In this document: positions 63,344 to 64,000 of the stretch, in pieces
Numbering within the stretch: position 1 is the stretch's first letter
How the letters are laid out: each line of letters opens with the position of its first letter
The notes under the pieces: generated by a model
Databases searched by the model: none
Seen by the model: only the letters and a program-made list of their open reading frames with translations
What the model was told of the DNA's origin: nothing
Source of the DNA: Mobula hypostoma
Taxonomy: Eukaryota
NCBI RefSeq assembly: GCF_963921235.1
Contig: NC_086099.1
Span: 11,036,001-11,100,000 of the forward strand
Direction: 5' to 3'
DNA length: 64,000 bases
Made by a program: the position numbers and the translations under genes

Positions 63344-64000
63344 CACCGACTGGCCCCTTTATTCGCTACAGGAGGTAACTAATAAAGTGGTCGCTGAGGG
63401 TAGTATTTCTGTATGTTCATGGTCTTCTGCTTTCGTAGTCCAGCCACTTCAAGGTTTGATATGTTGCATACTCAGAGATGCTCTTCTGCACACCACTGTT
63501 GTAACGTGTGGTTATCTGAGTTACTGTTGCCTTCCTGTCAGCTTGAACCCGTCTGGCCATCCTCCTCTGCCCTCTCTCATTCACAAGGCATTTTCACCCA
63601 CAGAATTGCCTCTCACTGGATTTTTTGTGTTTATTGCACTATTGTCTGTAAACTCTAGACTAGGGGTTCCCAACCTTTATTATGCTATGGAGCCTTACCA
63701 TTATCAGAGAGGTCCATAGACCCAGGTTGGGAACCCCTGCTCTAGACTGTTGTGCATGAAAATCCAAGGAGATCACCAGTTTCTGAGATACTTAAACCAT
63801 CCCATCTGACACCAAAAATCGTTCTACAGTCAAAGTCACTTTGATCACATTTCTTCACCATTCTAATGTTTGGTCTGAACAATAACTGAACCGCTTGTCC
63901 ATGTCTGCATACTTTTATGCATTGAGTTGCTGCCACATGACTGGTTGAGGAGATATTGGCATTAACGAGAAGGTGTACCTAATAAGGTGGCTACTGCGTG
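63344..64000 (-). mobile_element. Third copy of the non-autonomous Tc1 derivative
   Basis: ORF 63742-63936 reads KKCDQSDFD..GLSISETGDLLGFS. TIR-like sequence is present at both ends. Confidence 0.85.
63661..63739. mobile_element. 79-bp hAT/Charlie MITE with 8-bp TSD
   Basis: TIRs are TAGGGGTTCCCAACCT / AGGTTGGGAACCCCTG. TSD CTCTAGAC lies at 63653-63660 and 63740-63747, matching the NTCTAGAN target typical of Charlie. Confidence 0.9.

Overview
Repeat-dense, AT-rich and CpG-poor eukaryotic DNA that looks intronic or intergenic. The repeat inventory points to a cartilaginous fish, probably a ray; this is an inference from the repeat families, not from a search. I found no confidently identifiable host gene, and nearly all listed ORFs are decayed transposon fragments or chance ORFs. 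The window holds many 5'-truncated CR1 LINEs and Rex1/Babar-type LINE 3' ends, tRNA-derived V-SINEs, RTE-related non-autonomous elements, several Tc1 elements and MITEs, nested hAT MITEs with 8-bp target-site duplications (TSDs), one solo LTR and a 19-bp minisatellite. The most interesting system is a family of Penelope-like element (PLE) 3' ends, tied to GIY-YIG endonuclease remnants. These carry a minimal type I hammerhead ribozyme (CAGTC-CTGAYGA-stem II-GAAA-CGTC-GACTG) and repeatedly occur as short palindromic, TSD-flanked insertions, most of them folding back at the ribozyme. The youngest (35079-35372) has tandem sense hammerheads plus an antisense one. A possible HDV-like ribozyme fold near 28.3-28.5 kb and several local duplications and rearrangements also merit checking. 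Boundaries of degenerate repeats are approximate; those given with TSDs or terminal inverted repeats (TIRs) were read directly.
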